Part shown: positions 13,385-27,156 of the stretch, piece by piece
Numbering within the stretch: position 1 is the stretch's first letter
Layout: each line of letters begins with the position of its first letter
DNA from: Eledone cirrhosa
Taxonomy: Eukaryota
Reading direction: 5' to 3'
NCBI GenBank assembly: GCA_964016885.1
Contig: OZ024740.1
Location: 171,864,001-171,928,000, forward strand
DNA length: 64,000 nt
The notes under the pieces: model-generated
Seen by the model: the letters and a program-made list of their open reading frames with translations, nothing else
Database searches by the model: none
What the model was told of the DNA's origin: nothing
Program-made: the position numbers and the translations under genes

Positions 13385-16300
13385 TCTCTCTCTCTCACTC
13401 TCTTTCTCTGTATATATATATTCAGAGATATACATACATGATGGCTGCAACTCGATTTCGAGTAATGCCATCGCTTGATACCTAAGCATGAACATCACGG
13501 ACGTGGCTTTTTAGCTTTTTTGTCTATGGCCAACAATGCAATACATCGCAAAAAAGGTTACATATCAAGTGATGCCTGTGTATGAAGCTTTTTTAAGTGA
13601 GTAAAGGCTTTGCACGGGGTTAATTCGTCTCTCTGAACATCGAATGCATTTGCCCAAAATGATGGTCTACATCATTGGATGCAAACGAAGTCGCAGGTTT
13701 TATATCAGATTGACTTTCTCCATGAGATGTCTTAATGAAGACTAGGACTCGCTCCACAAATGAAAACCGTTTAGGATCCATACATATATTTTATCAACAC
13801 TGACAGATTTTGAATTCTAAATAATGAAATATCAGAATAATCTTGTGTTCTAATCTCATCGATAACTGATTATATTAAACTAGGCACAAGCCCACATATT
13901 ATAAACTGGGGATTAATAAACCTCCAGTGTATATGATTATTAATTATTTGCTGGAACTCCAAAAGAGGAATAGGAAAATGAAATTCAGGATACTTATGAT
14001 GCTGTTACGGCTCCCACTTGTGCATCCCTATAAAGCCTGCTAAGCCTGTGCAAGTGTGGCTCGTAACATATTGCATCTCATAGGGGGTTTCTCGGATGTT
14101 TAAATGATGAGGGGCCACATTTTCATTATATCAGTACTTTTTCAATAACAGGTGACAGGATTTGAATGCACATAGCCGGAACAAATACCACAAGATATAC
14201 CAATCAACGCTCAAATAATTCCGCCAATTCACTTCACTGGTTTGCTTTGGTAAGGTACTTTTTGTCGACCCCTTAAAGTATGAAGCGCAAAATGGCTTAG
14301 GTAGGATCTGAACTATGTTGGAACAAATACCAAAAGGTATTTAATCTGAAGCTGTATGCAATTCGTCGCCTTAATTTTAAGATTTGTGTTGGACTTCCGT
14401 CAGTTCTGACGATGTGTGTTGTACTGATACAATTGGCTGAACATTCCACAGACACATGCACCTGTATAGGATAGGTCAGGGCCAAAAACACAATGTTTCC
14501 ATTTGTCTTGCCATTGCTAATACCATCTGCCGGTCGCAACTCCTGGAAAAAGGAGGCGGGATTTGAACTCAGAACGCACCGAGCTAGATCAGATTCTACA
14601 AAGCATTCAGTCCAACTTCTTAAAAATTTTGCTAATCCATCATCCCTGCAGTGCTATTTTGTTTATGGACCACGAACAGATAAACGGCAAGGGTGACCTG
14701 GACGGAATTTGAACCCCGAGCAGGAAGCTATGAGGCAATTGATCCAATGATCTACAAGAAGTTGTATCTGTAATACAAAAGGACAACATTGTCATAGATT
14801 ACGTCACGCTGAATCCCCTTGAGAACTACGTTATGAGCACACGTGTTTGTAGAATGCTCAGCCACTTACACGTTAAATTCACAAGTTATTCCGTTATTCG
14901 AACAAATAGAACAATCGTCATTGAAACCGACGGATATCCATAAACAACAATAACAACACCAACGCCAACAACAGTGGTAGAACGCCGTAAATCGCCGCCT
15001 AACTATCCTATACATGAACGTAAAATGCGAGATCCAGATTGATACTTGATACCTAGCATTTAATTCTTCGTCCTTAAGATTGAATATTTAGTTTATTTTT
15101 AGATAGATTCCATTTCCCCATCCCAACCCCCGTTGTTGTATGCAAACCGATCCTCCGCCTACGCATGGAATGTGTCTCGCAAAGAATGTGCATTAGTCAA
15201 AATATATCAGAGAATAAACAGAGGTTAGTCAATAAGTACTCTTTATTATCATATTTGATGTTTTAAGAAATTTAAAGAAAAACAAAATAAAAACCATTAA
15301 TCTTAAATTTTGTATTCAACTGTGACTACCGTTTACTTATAACATTTTAAATGGTTTTTCTTCTTTTTTTATCGTTTAGTAAGGTCTGTGTTCATGACCC
15401 TTTCCACGGCTTTCAAAACTATTTGAAAGGGAAGATATCTTTAAACCGAAGACTTGCAGATTCTGCCAAAAGTACGTAAGGGGCAGTTTGTGGTGTTAAA
15501 CAAAGTGGCGGATTTAGTCTACTACTCAAGAAAGCTACGGTGGAATTTGAATTAAGAACACAAAACGCCAGAATAAATATCCCTAAGGCATCGAATCCGA
15601 AGATCTAATGACTTCACCAGTCCACAGTTCTTGACTGATACTTTATTTATCGACTCTGAAAGGGGGAAAAACAAAGTAAACTTTGGCGGGATTTAAACAG
15701 AGAATACAAGGAATCAGAAAAATACCGCAAGGCATTCAGTGCGATATTCTAACGCTTCCACCAATTCTCCGTTATCGGGAAGACACAATAGGACAGGCAA
15801 CAAATAAATGTCTTTATACCATTATTTACTTTTTCGACTTCGATTGTTGACACAGAAAGGAACTTTTACTGATTGACCTGCTCAAGAAAATAAGTAAACT
15901 TACATCTAGCCGAGTTTGTGAGTTGGTTTTAGCTATTTAAATTAACTTATTACGTCATTACTGCTGTGCTGAAGCCAAAGTTAATCACGCATTGAAAGAT
16001 AAATACTTTTATATTCACCTTCACCTATACGTGAAATAAATATTTGTATTAGCGTAAACAAAGATCTTTTGCGTGTGATCCTAATTATGTTTTCTCGATA
16101 TTATCAAAACAGCTATCAGATTGCATCAAGGAACCTTCTGGCAAAATTATCTGGCTGATGGCAATATTCTGAACAGATCACTTGCATTGATAATTTCCTT
16201 TCTGATCACCCAATCTAGCATTTATCTGAGATGACTTCTCTGATTCCTTTTCTAGTAATAATCCATTATCTTACCAACATTCTCATCCCTTCTTTCTTTG

Positions 16301-18161
16301 TCTCATCAACTCTTCTCATCGCTCCCCTCTCTTTCTCTCTTTCTTTCTCTCTCTCATTTTCTCAAATCAGATCATCTTATACGTTGATGACATATGATCT
16401 GCCTCACAGTCAAGATAATAATAACCTTAGCACTCGCTTTTCACCGATTAAGACTCATTTTGTAGAGAGTGCTATTAAAGTGGAGACAGTTATTACTTCA
16501 GTGTTCGTTCTCAATGTCAAACATAAGTAACAAAATAAACCTTCGATGAAAATTGATCTCCATAATTTGCGTTGTGGAATGCTGTTTTTTTTAATTTATC
16601 ATGGAATAAGTATAATGCAGTAAGAAGGCGCGTGGCTAAGTGGTTAAGGGTGCTAGGGTCATGATCGTTAGCTGGTGAGTTCGATTCTTATTCATCCGTT
16701 TTCCTTGAGTACACTGAATCTCCTTGTGAATTGCCCGTGTCTTTGGAATGCTCAGCCACTTGGACGTTCAATTCCGAAAGCTGTTCCATTGTTCGAACAA
16801 CTGTAAGTCACGTCACGGAAACCGACGGAGATCCAACAACAACGACAATATGATGTGGAAGACATGGTAGAGTGCCGAAATAAGCTCCCTCAGTGCTCTG
16901 TTTTATTTTTCACTTCTTAGTTCAGATCACGAAAAGAATGAGATTTTCTTTATCCGATTTAAATAAAGTAAATTAAAATAATTATCAAGGCGGAGTCATT
17001 AAAAATACCTCGGTATTAAAAATACCTCGGTATTTGTTCAGCTCTCTGCATTCTGAACTCAAATCTCACCGAGGTAAACTTTGTCTTTCATCCTTTTGAA
17101 GTCGATAAATAAAGTGCCAGTCCAGTAATGGGATCGATTCTTCGACTCATTCTCTGGAAGAAATTGGCTCTTTTTCGCATGGAAAAGGATGGATCCCGCC
17201 AGTTTTAAAAGGCACAAGACACTTCGTATATCAGGACGGAGCATCCAATGACTATATCAGGAGTTAAGGGGTTCTAAAATAATTACCAGTGATGTAGGAA
17301 TAAATGACCATCATTTGAACACAATACTAAGAACCTTGAATTTTATTAAAATATCTTCTCTCAAATAATTTTCCAGTTTAGACCAGTTGAATTCCATTTT
17401 CCATCTTCGAACTTATCAGATGTGAACATCTTTTCACCCAAGACAATACGCTACACTTGGTTTTTAACTTTGATTTCATAGCCGAAGTACATTGACTGGA
17501 ATAAGTAATATATCAATTCCTGATTTTAGCACATGACCTTCATATTTTTGGCGAAAAGGCAAAGTTGATTAAATCAACCCAGTACCCGACAGGAATGTTG
17601 AAAGGCAAAGTTGATCTCAGCAGCACCTGAACTCAGAATGTAAGGAGCCAAAACAAATACTGCAAGGGTATTTTATTTGACACCCAATTCTACCATCCTT
17701 CCATCCTTGGTATAAGAAAAGCATTAAAAGAGTAAATGAACTATTAACTACACAAACATTTCGTTCTTCTGTCTGGTTTAACTATATTGGTTGCCGGCTC
17801 GTATTTAATTTTCTTGATTCAAAACACTAAGTCCAACAACAGTAGCAATCAGTCCTGAATATAGGAATATAGCTAAAATATAAGCTATAAGTGTTTTACC
17901 ATATCTAAATAACACTTTGATATTCCTGTCTATCACCTTACATCCGCCCTGTTTTCTTTCTCTTAACACTTTTCGTACCGAACCGCTTAAAACTGCCCCG
18001 CTTTCTACAATACAAAGTTGTTTATTTTCAAGTGTTTATAAACACTCCTTCGTGATTTTATATGAGAACCTTTGTTAAAATATATCTCAAACATCAACTC
18101 TTGATTATTTTGAAAATTGTCATTCATTAGAAATAGAGTAACAAAAGGGTTGGCTCTATAC

Positions 18162-18244
<83 letters not shown>

Positions 18245-20756
18245 TCTCTCTCCCTCTCGCTCTCTCTAGCACAGAACTAAGTGTTTTGATCCAGAGTTTT
18301 AAGTGCACGTAAATCTCTGGATCAAAACAGCCAACTGATTATAGAAATGGAGCAACTCAAGGAAATTACATAAACCTAAAATGTTTGAAAGTAAAGTGCT
18401 AACCGAAACATAAACACAGTCCTTGTAGAGAGAACATGGCAGCTATAACAGAAAGTATGCTTGTTCAAAGGATTCTTACAATGTTTTGAAACTGATTTTA
18501 TCCACAGAATTGATTGACGGCTGTGGTTTGGAACTTCCTTTTTGAGAGTACAGAAAAATATAACATTTTTTAGTTGTCTTAAATAAAATAGCTAGTCAAC
18601 ATGAAGACATGGATATTGTAGCGTAAACATATTTCGTGGGAGGAGAAACATTCCAAAATATTGCATTATCCTGTTAGCGTAATCGGAAGTCGAATCCTTC
18701 GCCTCGCCTTCTTCCTCATTTAAGTTTGTTCTTTCTGACCTGTCTCTCTGTCTCTATATCTTCGTCTGTTATTCCTTTTCCCCGTGTTACTGTAGTCGTT
18801 GTTTCTGCTACTGCCGTTGATGCTATATGACTTACTGTCATTAAAAATATGTTCTCATCAAAATATGACATCACAGTTTTCTCTTTGAGTAATTCAATAC
18901 CTACAAAATATGGTCTAGTATACATTCGCTGTAAATATTATGTTCTCACCAAAACATACAATTTGTTCATAACTTCGTAATGAAGTATGACATAAACTCC
19001 GTTATATTTAGTACTTATTTTGCCATATATAAGATACAAAGAAAGTTAGTTTACGTTTCTTGTCAGTTAGATATTACCACAGATTAGCACAATTCTTCAT
19101 CACCACTTGATACAAGAATTATGTAAATGGGCCTCTGTTGGTTTCGATGATGTGTATTGAAGTTGTTTGGTCAATGGAATAGTTTACTCATTAAATTTTT
19201 CCACAGACACACTTACCCTTAGAGTAATTTTCAGTGAGATGTAGCTGGCCCTTTCAATTACTGATATAGTCTATCCGATGGGCTTCCAAACAGCTTCCAT
19301 CTACACTATTTCACTCACAAAGCTTGCGTTAGCCTAAGATTATGGTAAAGGGCACCTACACAAGATGCCACACAGTGGAGCGGATTCAAGATCCTCATGA
19401 TTGTGGAGCAATTGATTCAACCATTCAGACATGTCGAGTCAAGCACTTCATATATGAACGTTCTTGAATTATACAATGAACTCATAGTTTATCTGCCAAC
19501 TAGAGCTCTGCATGGAAACCTATTGAAATCACATTTTGCTATACACTAAAATTGACTCGAGGATCAGGATAATAACCTTCGACTTTAGTCGTTAGAACAT
19601 CAAATTAGATGTCTCGGTATTCATCCCGGTTTGAATCTCGCCAAGGTCAATTTTGCCTTTTATCCATTCAATGCCGATAATTAAAGTACTGGTCCAGAAG
19701 GTGGAAGATTGGCGGAATTGTTAAAGAATCAGCAGGGATACTTAGTGGTATTTCTTCACTTACTGTCTCCAAATAGACAGTGATGCCTCTGCCAAGAGTT
19801 GCGACCAGCATATACTATCAGCAATGAAAAGACCAATGGAAATATACATTCCTTAGTCTGATTCGACGATCGGCTCCTTTCTTTTCTCTTTTGATGGTTA
19901 AAACACTAATCCCCAAGCTCAACCAGCTATAATTATCGAAACGAAAAGGTAGTAAATTTCATATACACTAAACACAACTAACCTTAGTCTAGTGGCGATA
20001 TACTATTTTCAACAAATAACATGTTCAGCAATTGCTTTTTCGTCGTTTCACCCGATCTTGAGGTCTCTTTAGATTTGGAGCAACCCAAGATCTCACTCGC
20101 ATTTTCCGAGTGTTTGTTTACACAACAATGACAAAACAAAGAAAATCTATATGTTTATAGACATTGCAAATACTTGAACGTAATTACAAACACAGTGAAC
20201 TATTCGGTTAATTGACAATAAAAACAAAAAACAACTGAAACTGCAATGACTTTAATGCACTTGGCAGACATGGTTCCACAATGAATAGGAGTGCCAAACA
20301 GAATTCTATGTGAAATGTAGATTTGGGGATTCGGGTTTTCTACAAACCATCTGGTCTCCGTTGACAGGTTGATTTCTGAGACAAAGATTAGCAGAAATTT
20401 AGATGTGGTTCCCTTTTTTATTTTCTTTAAAATTGTTGTTTCCTCGTGATATCATTTACTAATTATCCTTTAGGGAAACATTTCTGGATATTTTTAAAAC
20501 GGAATTGATCAAAATTAAGGGAAGAATAGTAAGGTTTTAAACATGATCCTTAAACACAATAACATTATAGCCTGTGACATGTCTCATATCATTTCTTCTC
20601 ACCATATATAGGTGAGAATGTGTGTACGTGCAAATATGATATAATGCAAACACATATATTTGTGTATGTATATGAAAAGACAGAGACACCGATAGATAGA
20701 TAGATACACACACAAGTTGGTAGATAGGTAACTAAATTGATATATCTATATATATA

Positions 20757-20834
<78 letters not shown>

Positions 20835-21299
20835 TACTTGATAGGTCAGAAGGAAAGCCTATAGCCCATATTCCCGGCCAATTACATTCGAAGAAAACAT
20901 GGCCGGCAAGATTTGACGAAGTGATTAGTACAATTTCTAAAGGGTTTGACACAACATGAGTGATAACAGGAAAAGAAATTCGAGAATAGAGAGTACACGA
21001 ATAGAAGTGGCATGAGCTCAGCAAGCTTCATGGATCAGAGGCCATGGTAGTATCAGCAAAAAATGCACACAGAATAAGTGTTACATAAAAAAATGTGGTT
21101 GGGGAGGGGGTATGCGTGTGTCTGTGTGTGTGTGTGTGTGTGTATGGATGTATTTATGTGTATTTCTACATGCTTATACAAATATGTATGCTTACAAATT
21201 CATAGTTATGGACGTTTGTGATTTATAAAGATAGGCATGTTATGTATGTGAGTGCATATTCAAATATATATACCTACTTCTTTATTTCTCTCTCACTCT

Positions 21300-21367
<68 letters not shown>

Positions 21368-21369
<2 letters not shown>

Positions 21370-24200
21370 TAATGTATACATGCTTGACCGTTTTACATAC
21401 AATGACTGTATCGGGAAAGAGGTCAGGAAAAACTACAGGACCACAGGACAGGACAACCTAGATAACATCAACGCCACGACTAAAAAAATAATGACTGGGC
21501 TAGAAATAGATGATAGGACAGAAATATATGTACCTAGAAAACCTCGGATATCCATTAAGGATCATAAATTAGACTTTAGAACTAATCTACCCGTTAGGTT
21601 AATAGCACTCTCCAAATCAGACATAGGTAGGACCAGCAAGAATATCATAGACAGAATACTACCGGTACTTAGGAACAAAACTAGGCTTAGCTTATTGACG
21701 CCCACTGAGGAGGTAATTGACTGGTTCTCGCTAATAGATAACAAACAGCAGGTACATTTTATTCAATTAGACATAGCGAATTACTACGCGTCAGTATCAC
21801 CTGTAATAGTGAACAAGGCCCTCATGAGTGCCATGGCCAAGTCCAACCTTACTAGAGAGGAGACTAGCCTCATAGTAGCACCTAGAAAGACGCTAATTAG
21901 ATTCGAAGACAAGTTATGGAAGAGGATGGACAGACCCGACAGTTTCGATATTACCATTGGGTCGAGCGACTCGGCACAGGTGACCGATCTGGTGGGGATA
22001 CATCTCCTCCATAGATTAGCGGAGGAGATCCCAGGGATCGGCGGAGGAATATACAGAGACGATGCACTTTTTACCTTCCGTTTCCTAAACCCCAGCCAGC
22101 TGGAGCGTATGAGGAAGCGCATATCGCATTTTTTAAGCAACACGGCTTATCCGTGACGATAGATCCTTACACTAAGACGGTCAATTTCCTGGACGTTACC
22201 TTGGAAATGAATACGGGCATCCACCGACCTTATCACAAGCCCAATGAGAACCTGCAATATGTGAACAGGCAATCGAACCGCCCCAAGTCAGTCATAGAAG
22301 CAATAGTTAAAGGGGTATCTAAACACGTATCCACCCTGTCGGCCAACGCAGACGTGTTCAAACAGCACGCCGACTATTATAATGAGGCACTGCGCAGAGC
22401 CGGTTACACAGACAGCATAGTGTATACCACAGACAGGGAAGAGCCTAGCGCCGAGGCATGCGGATACGGCAATAGCTGTGGCACTTCCACAGGTAGAAGA
22501 AATGACCCGGTAATAGCCTCCAAGAACACGAGTAGCAGGACAGTTCACCTTAAAGACACAGGACCGACAATAGGACAGACGAAGACACACACGGGCGCTA
22601 GACCACCCAGTACGCGTAGACAAAAGCCCGGCACGCACACCACATGCGTCGCGGTAACTAGAACTAGGGACAGGGTAACGACAAGTACGGCCGTGGCACC
22701 CGCTAGAGGGAACACCCGGCCTGGGAGCAGTGATATAGCCCTGACAACAGCACCACATAACATTAAAGAGACTAACAGTAGAGCCGACAATACAAAACGG
22801 AATACCTTAGTAAGTGAAAGGTGTAACTATGACGCCCACAGTAGACATATAGATAGAGGCAACATAGGGGACGTAATAATGGGCGGGTAAAACCCGAGAC
22901 GGACATCAGACCCAAGACACACTCACACTACTACACACACACGAAAGAACAAGACTATATCTAAGTCCGTTACATGGTTTAACGCGCCGTATTCTAAGCA
23001 TTATGCAGCAATGTACCAGGGCTTTTTTCCAAGCGTTAGACGAGTGCTTCCCGCCGTCGAACAGATACCACAAGATTTTCAACCGCCACGCGGTGAAGTT
23101 TTCCTTCTCCACAGCACCTAACATAGCCGACTACATGGCCAAAACCAACGCGGTAAAGATGGGGAATCTCAACCGTCAACCGCGGCGGCAGAATGACCGT
23201 CCATCGGAGCCCGGAGGGCCCCTCGAGGACCGGTCTTCCAACAACACGGCCCTCGCGGCGGCCGCCACGCCCGCGGAAGGCGACACAATCCAACGCCGGG
23301 AGGGAATGAGTGGCAGAGGAGAGACCAACACCCTGAGAATCGGGAGAAGGCTCTAGCAGATCAAGTGCCAGGCGTCCGAAATGAACAAAATAACGACAGA
23401 ACATGTAACTGCAGAGCGGGCACCCAGTGCCCCCTGCAGGGAAGATGCCTCACGAAGGGCCTGATATATAAATGTGTGGTTAGCACGCAAAATATAAAGC
23501 GCACCTACATCGGCGCAACATCCATGACCTTTAAATCGAGGGTGTATACACTGTACGCCCTTGACTGGAGTATCGTTCGGAACGCGAATGCATACTCGGC
23601 TGGAAGTAGAAAGTGTAGGCTATGCCTATACGAGGCCATGGAGATAATCAGACTGAAAGATGATGCGGTCAACCTGAAATCGGAAATAATCATGACGTGC
23701 AGACACCAGAGAAGGTGCACACTCTCCGCATGGAATCCACCGGTAAGCATGCGGCGGAGCGCATGCTTACCGGTGGATCAGATACCATACTCTGGTGACA
23801 GACACCAAGGGATCAGACACCATACTCTGATGACAGTATATGCCCCATGGGGTAAACCAAAATAACCCAAGATGCATAGCCGACACTGCACGTCACCTTA
23901 GGCAAGAACATCGCCTGAGCCGGGACAGGTTGACCCGGATTCTACTGACTTTCAGTCAAATACCTTACACCTATAGGACAACATACCTCAACCACAATGA
24001 CATACTCCAGTATGGCCGGTCCATGCACCTCCATACATGTGTACCTTTTCAATCGAGAATCCAGACTCTCCACGTATTCCATTTTGGAACACATATTATT
24101 TGCTCCGTATACAGGCCCAAGTGTACATCTCATACGCCTCCTGTGTACTAACTATCTCATACGCATACACGTCCCTTCTTTTTTATATATCCCTATGATG
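21368..24200 (+). mobile_element. Penelope-like retroelement, Naiad-type (RT + GIY-YIG), 5'-truncated and frameshifted
   Basis: RT motifs FIQLDIANYYASV, FDITIGSSDSAQVTDLVG and GIYRDDAL (ORF 21218-22156). Thumb NFLDVTL...PYHKPN (22153-). WFNAPYS near 22975. Endonuclease CNCR...CPLQGRC, IYKC...YIGATSMTFKSR, CRLCLYE, CRH (23365-23865). Starts at (TA)n. Confidence 0.9.
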
Positions 24201-24684
24201 TGACGTTATATGTATATTTTAGTATATTGTAGGTTTTTTACATATGTGTATGTATGTGTGTGTATGTACATATATGTGTGTGTGTGAGTATGTGTATATA
24301 TATATATATATATATGTATATGGTTATATTGTTTATATTTGTGCATGTGTATAACAAGATACATTCTTTCATGTATGACCCATTGTATGACCCTTTGTGT
24401 AGATTTATATGACTTTGTGTGTATATCATATTTGTGTATAGACAGATATATGTATGCATGTGTCTTTGTAGACGTGCGTGGGCCTGTAGGTAATAGGCGC
24501 ATATTTGTAAGAGTGTATATGAGCCAGTGTGTGTGTATGTGTGTGTGTGTACGTGCACCCACTCTAGGGTAAGGGCTTGTTTGTGTGTATACATATGTAT
24601 ATATACATATATACATATGTATACACACAAACAAGCCCTTACCCTACAGTGGGTGCACGTACACACACACACATACACACACAT

Positions 24685-25138
24685 ATGGTGGCTGCCAACT
24701 CGTTTTCGAGTACGGCCACTACTTTATATCCATGTAGGAGAACCCCTACCGATGCGCTGAACGAGTGTGACTTTTTAGTCCAGCCAGCGACTTGAAAACT
24801 CTGGTACAAACACTACACTTGTGACAATTATTGACACATAGTGCTTTGCCCTTGGTACCATGTGACGACAAGTGCAGAGAGATCTCCAGATATAAAGCAA
24901 TGCCTGTGCCGTGAAGCTTTTATAGTGAGCAAAGGCACTGCACGAAGCCAGTCCCACTGTCTTAACCAAGATGATATTTACCAAAAAGAAGAACAAGTCA
25001 ACATCATTGGATACCATCAGGGTTGCAGGTGTTATATCAGAGTTTTCCATCTCCTAGAATTCTGCCTTGACAAAGGCTAAGGGGTCATCTCTCCCAGTGA
25101 TTTTGGATGGCCATTGACTCTTAAGAGCTCCTTTGCCC
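24685..25138 (-). mobile_element. Copy of the 47580-48137 repeat
   Basis: Reverse complement of 47683-48137; the mirrored spurious ORFs match. Confidence 0.85.
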
Positions 25139-25942
25139 TTTGACACACACATATACATATATACTTACGTATATGTGTGTTTGCGAGCGAGTCTGTTTTC
25201 GTGCCTGTATATATGGACACGTGTGTGTATGTGCGTGTGCGTGTCTATGTATATGTCTGTACGTGTTTGTGTATACGAGTAGATATACGCGTATGCATGT
25301 GTGTGCGCCTGTGTGTGTGTGTGTGTGTGTGAGAGTTGATTTACGTGGGCATGTAGGCAGGCGTCTGTGGACGCGTATGTCTATAGCTTTATGGGTTTTC
25401 TTTAGGTGCGTATGTATAGCGCGAGTATATGCGTACGGATGTTGTTATTTATATGATTGTATGCGTGTGTGTATATATATGTGTGTGTGTGAGTGCGCGC
25501 GTGGACGTGTGAACTACCAAACCCAGCAGGGATTCATTGAAGTGTTGCAGAAAAAGGACAGCTGATGGTCAGTTAGAGAGTAAATGTTGACCATAAATTT
25601 GGTCAAAATTTATGATGACGTAAAAAAAACAACAGCTAATAACAGGACGAGCGAAGAGGATTTTTTTTTACGCTAACACCTCAGTGAGAAAATTTGATCC
25701 GAAGTCATTAGAAGTGTCCGTCGAACCTGCAGATCCAGAATCAGACATATCCACACAATGATCGTGTCTCGAGCTGTCTGCCGGCGAAACAATTGTAACA
25801 CACAATAAATTGAGTTCAGATGCATCACTGATTTTTCGTTTTATATTATATCACACTCTGGAAGAACATAGAGTGCTCAACCGGCATACCGCCTATGGAA
25901 GCACCTTAGCTACCATCAGACACACACACACACACACACACG

Positions 25943-25987
<45 letters not shown>

Positions 25988-25989
<2 letters not shown>

Positions 25990-26318
25990 CGTTTCTGAAT
26001 TTGTTTAGCAAGATTCTTTATCTGAAATCGTGTGTTGAAACCGATATTGTTATACTTTGGGAGGGTCATTTTGCCAATAAGAAACACACTCACCAGTTGC
26101 TTTCACTTCAATTTATTATATATTTATAAATTTATAAATTTACAAATCTACAAACTTATAAATTTCTGGTTGGTTGGTTCCACAACCAGATAGTTGTTTA
26201 TATATAGTCATAGTCCTTTCGTCACACACTCTGTGACCTCTTCAGTGACTGGGGATTCCTTTCTTTGTTTCTGTGCGTTTCCTTTCTTCTGTCCTACGCC
26301 ATTTTGTTTCTGTGTGTG

Positions 26319-26320
<2 letters not shown>
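25988..26320 (-). mobile_element. 3'-end/pLTR fragment of the same PLE family as 48911-52012
   Basis: Same terminus ttcgtttctgaattt next to (TA)n, colinear with 48911-49225, contains an HHR. Confidence 0.85.
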
Positions 26321-26346
<26 letters not shown>

Positions 26347-26354
<8 letters not shown>

Positions 26355-27121
26355 AATATGGGTGAGAAGAATACTGCTGGTTGCACATGGATAACATGTT
26401 ATAATATGAGTCCCTCATCAGTGATTTACCAAACGATCATGGGTATTTCATTGCATTAAAAATCATATACCTCACGTTGGAGCGATAATAACTAAAATAA
26501 GTTATTAGGACAATAGAAACGCGTAAAGCGAGTGAGACAAGTAAACAACACAGGGGAAGCTAACCGAAGATGGAAATAAACACAAGCAACATAGTTATTC
26601 TTTCAGCATAAGCTGTGTGAATATATGAGCGAGTCGACAACAGACCTTTCGCTAGTGAATCCGGTGTTAGAAAGAATGAAAACCGTTTTCCCAGCGAACG
26701 GGAGGAAGAAAGAAGGGGAGAAACAGGGACTGAGTGAGTGGGAGTGCGAGGAAGAGGTCAGTAGAGAGAAAGAGTTAACTGACATGGCAGAGGGGACTAA
26801 AGAAAGTAAGAGAAACAGAGAGAACGAGGGAGCAGTAAGAGAGAAAGAGAGAAACACAGAATTGCAGTTTGGGTAAATATATGAAAAATATGGGTGAGAA
26901 GAATACTGCTGGTTGCACATGGATAACATGTTATAAAATGAGTCCCTCATCAGTGATTTACCAAACGATCATGGGTATTTCATTGCATTAAAAATCATAT
27001 ACCTCACGTTGGAGCGATAATAACTAAAATAAGTTATTAGGACAATAGAAACGCGTAAAGCGAGTGAGACAAGTAAACAACACAGGGGGAAGCTAACCGA
27101 AGATGGAAATAAACACAAGCA

Positions 27122-27122
<1 letters not shown>
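26347..27122. repeat. ~245-bp direct repeats 530 bp apart (pLTR-like)
   Basis: atatgaaaaatatgggtgagaag...cacaagcaac at 26347-26590 and 26877-27122. Confidence 0.85.

Positions 27123-27155
<33 letters not shown>

Positions 27156-27156
<1 letters not shown>

Noticed and set aside
18282-18329. Short hairpins (also 34775-34970 and 60197-60260)
   Set aside because: No ribozyme core or family support; probably MITE-like or chance fold-backs.
23365-23865. Selenocysteine recoding, reported for some Naiad PLEs
   Set aside because: Conserved Cys positions in both Naiad-type fragments are ordinary codons, with no in-frame TGA at those sites.
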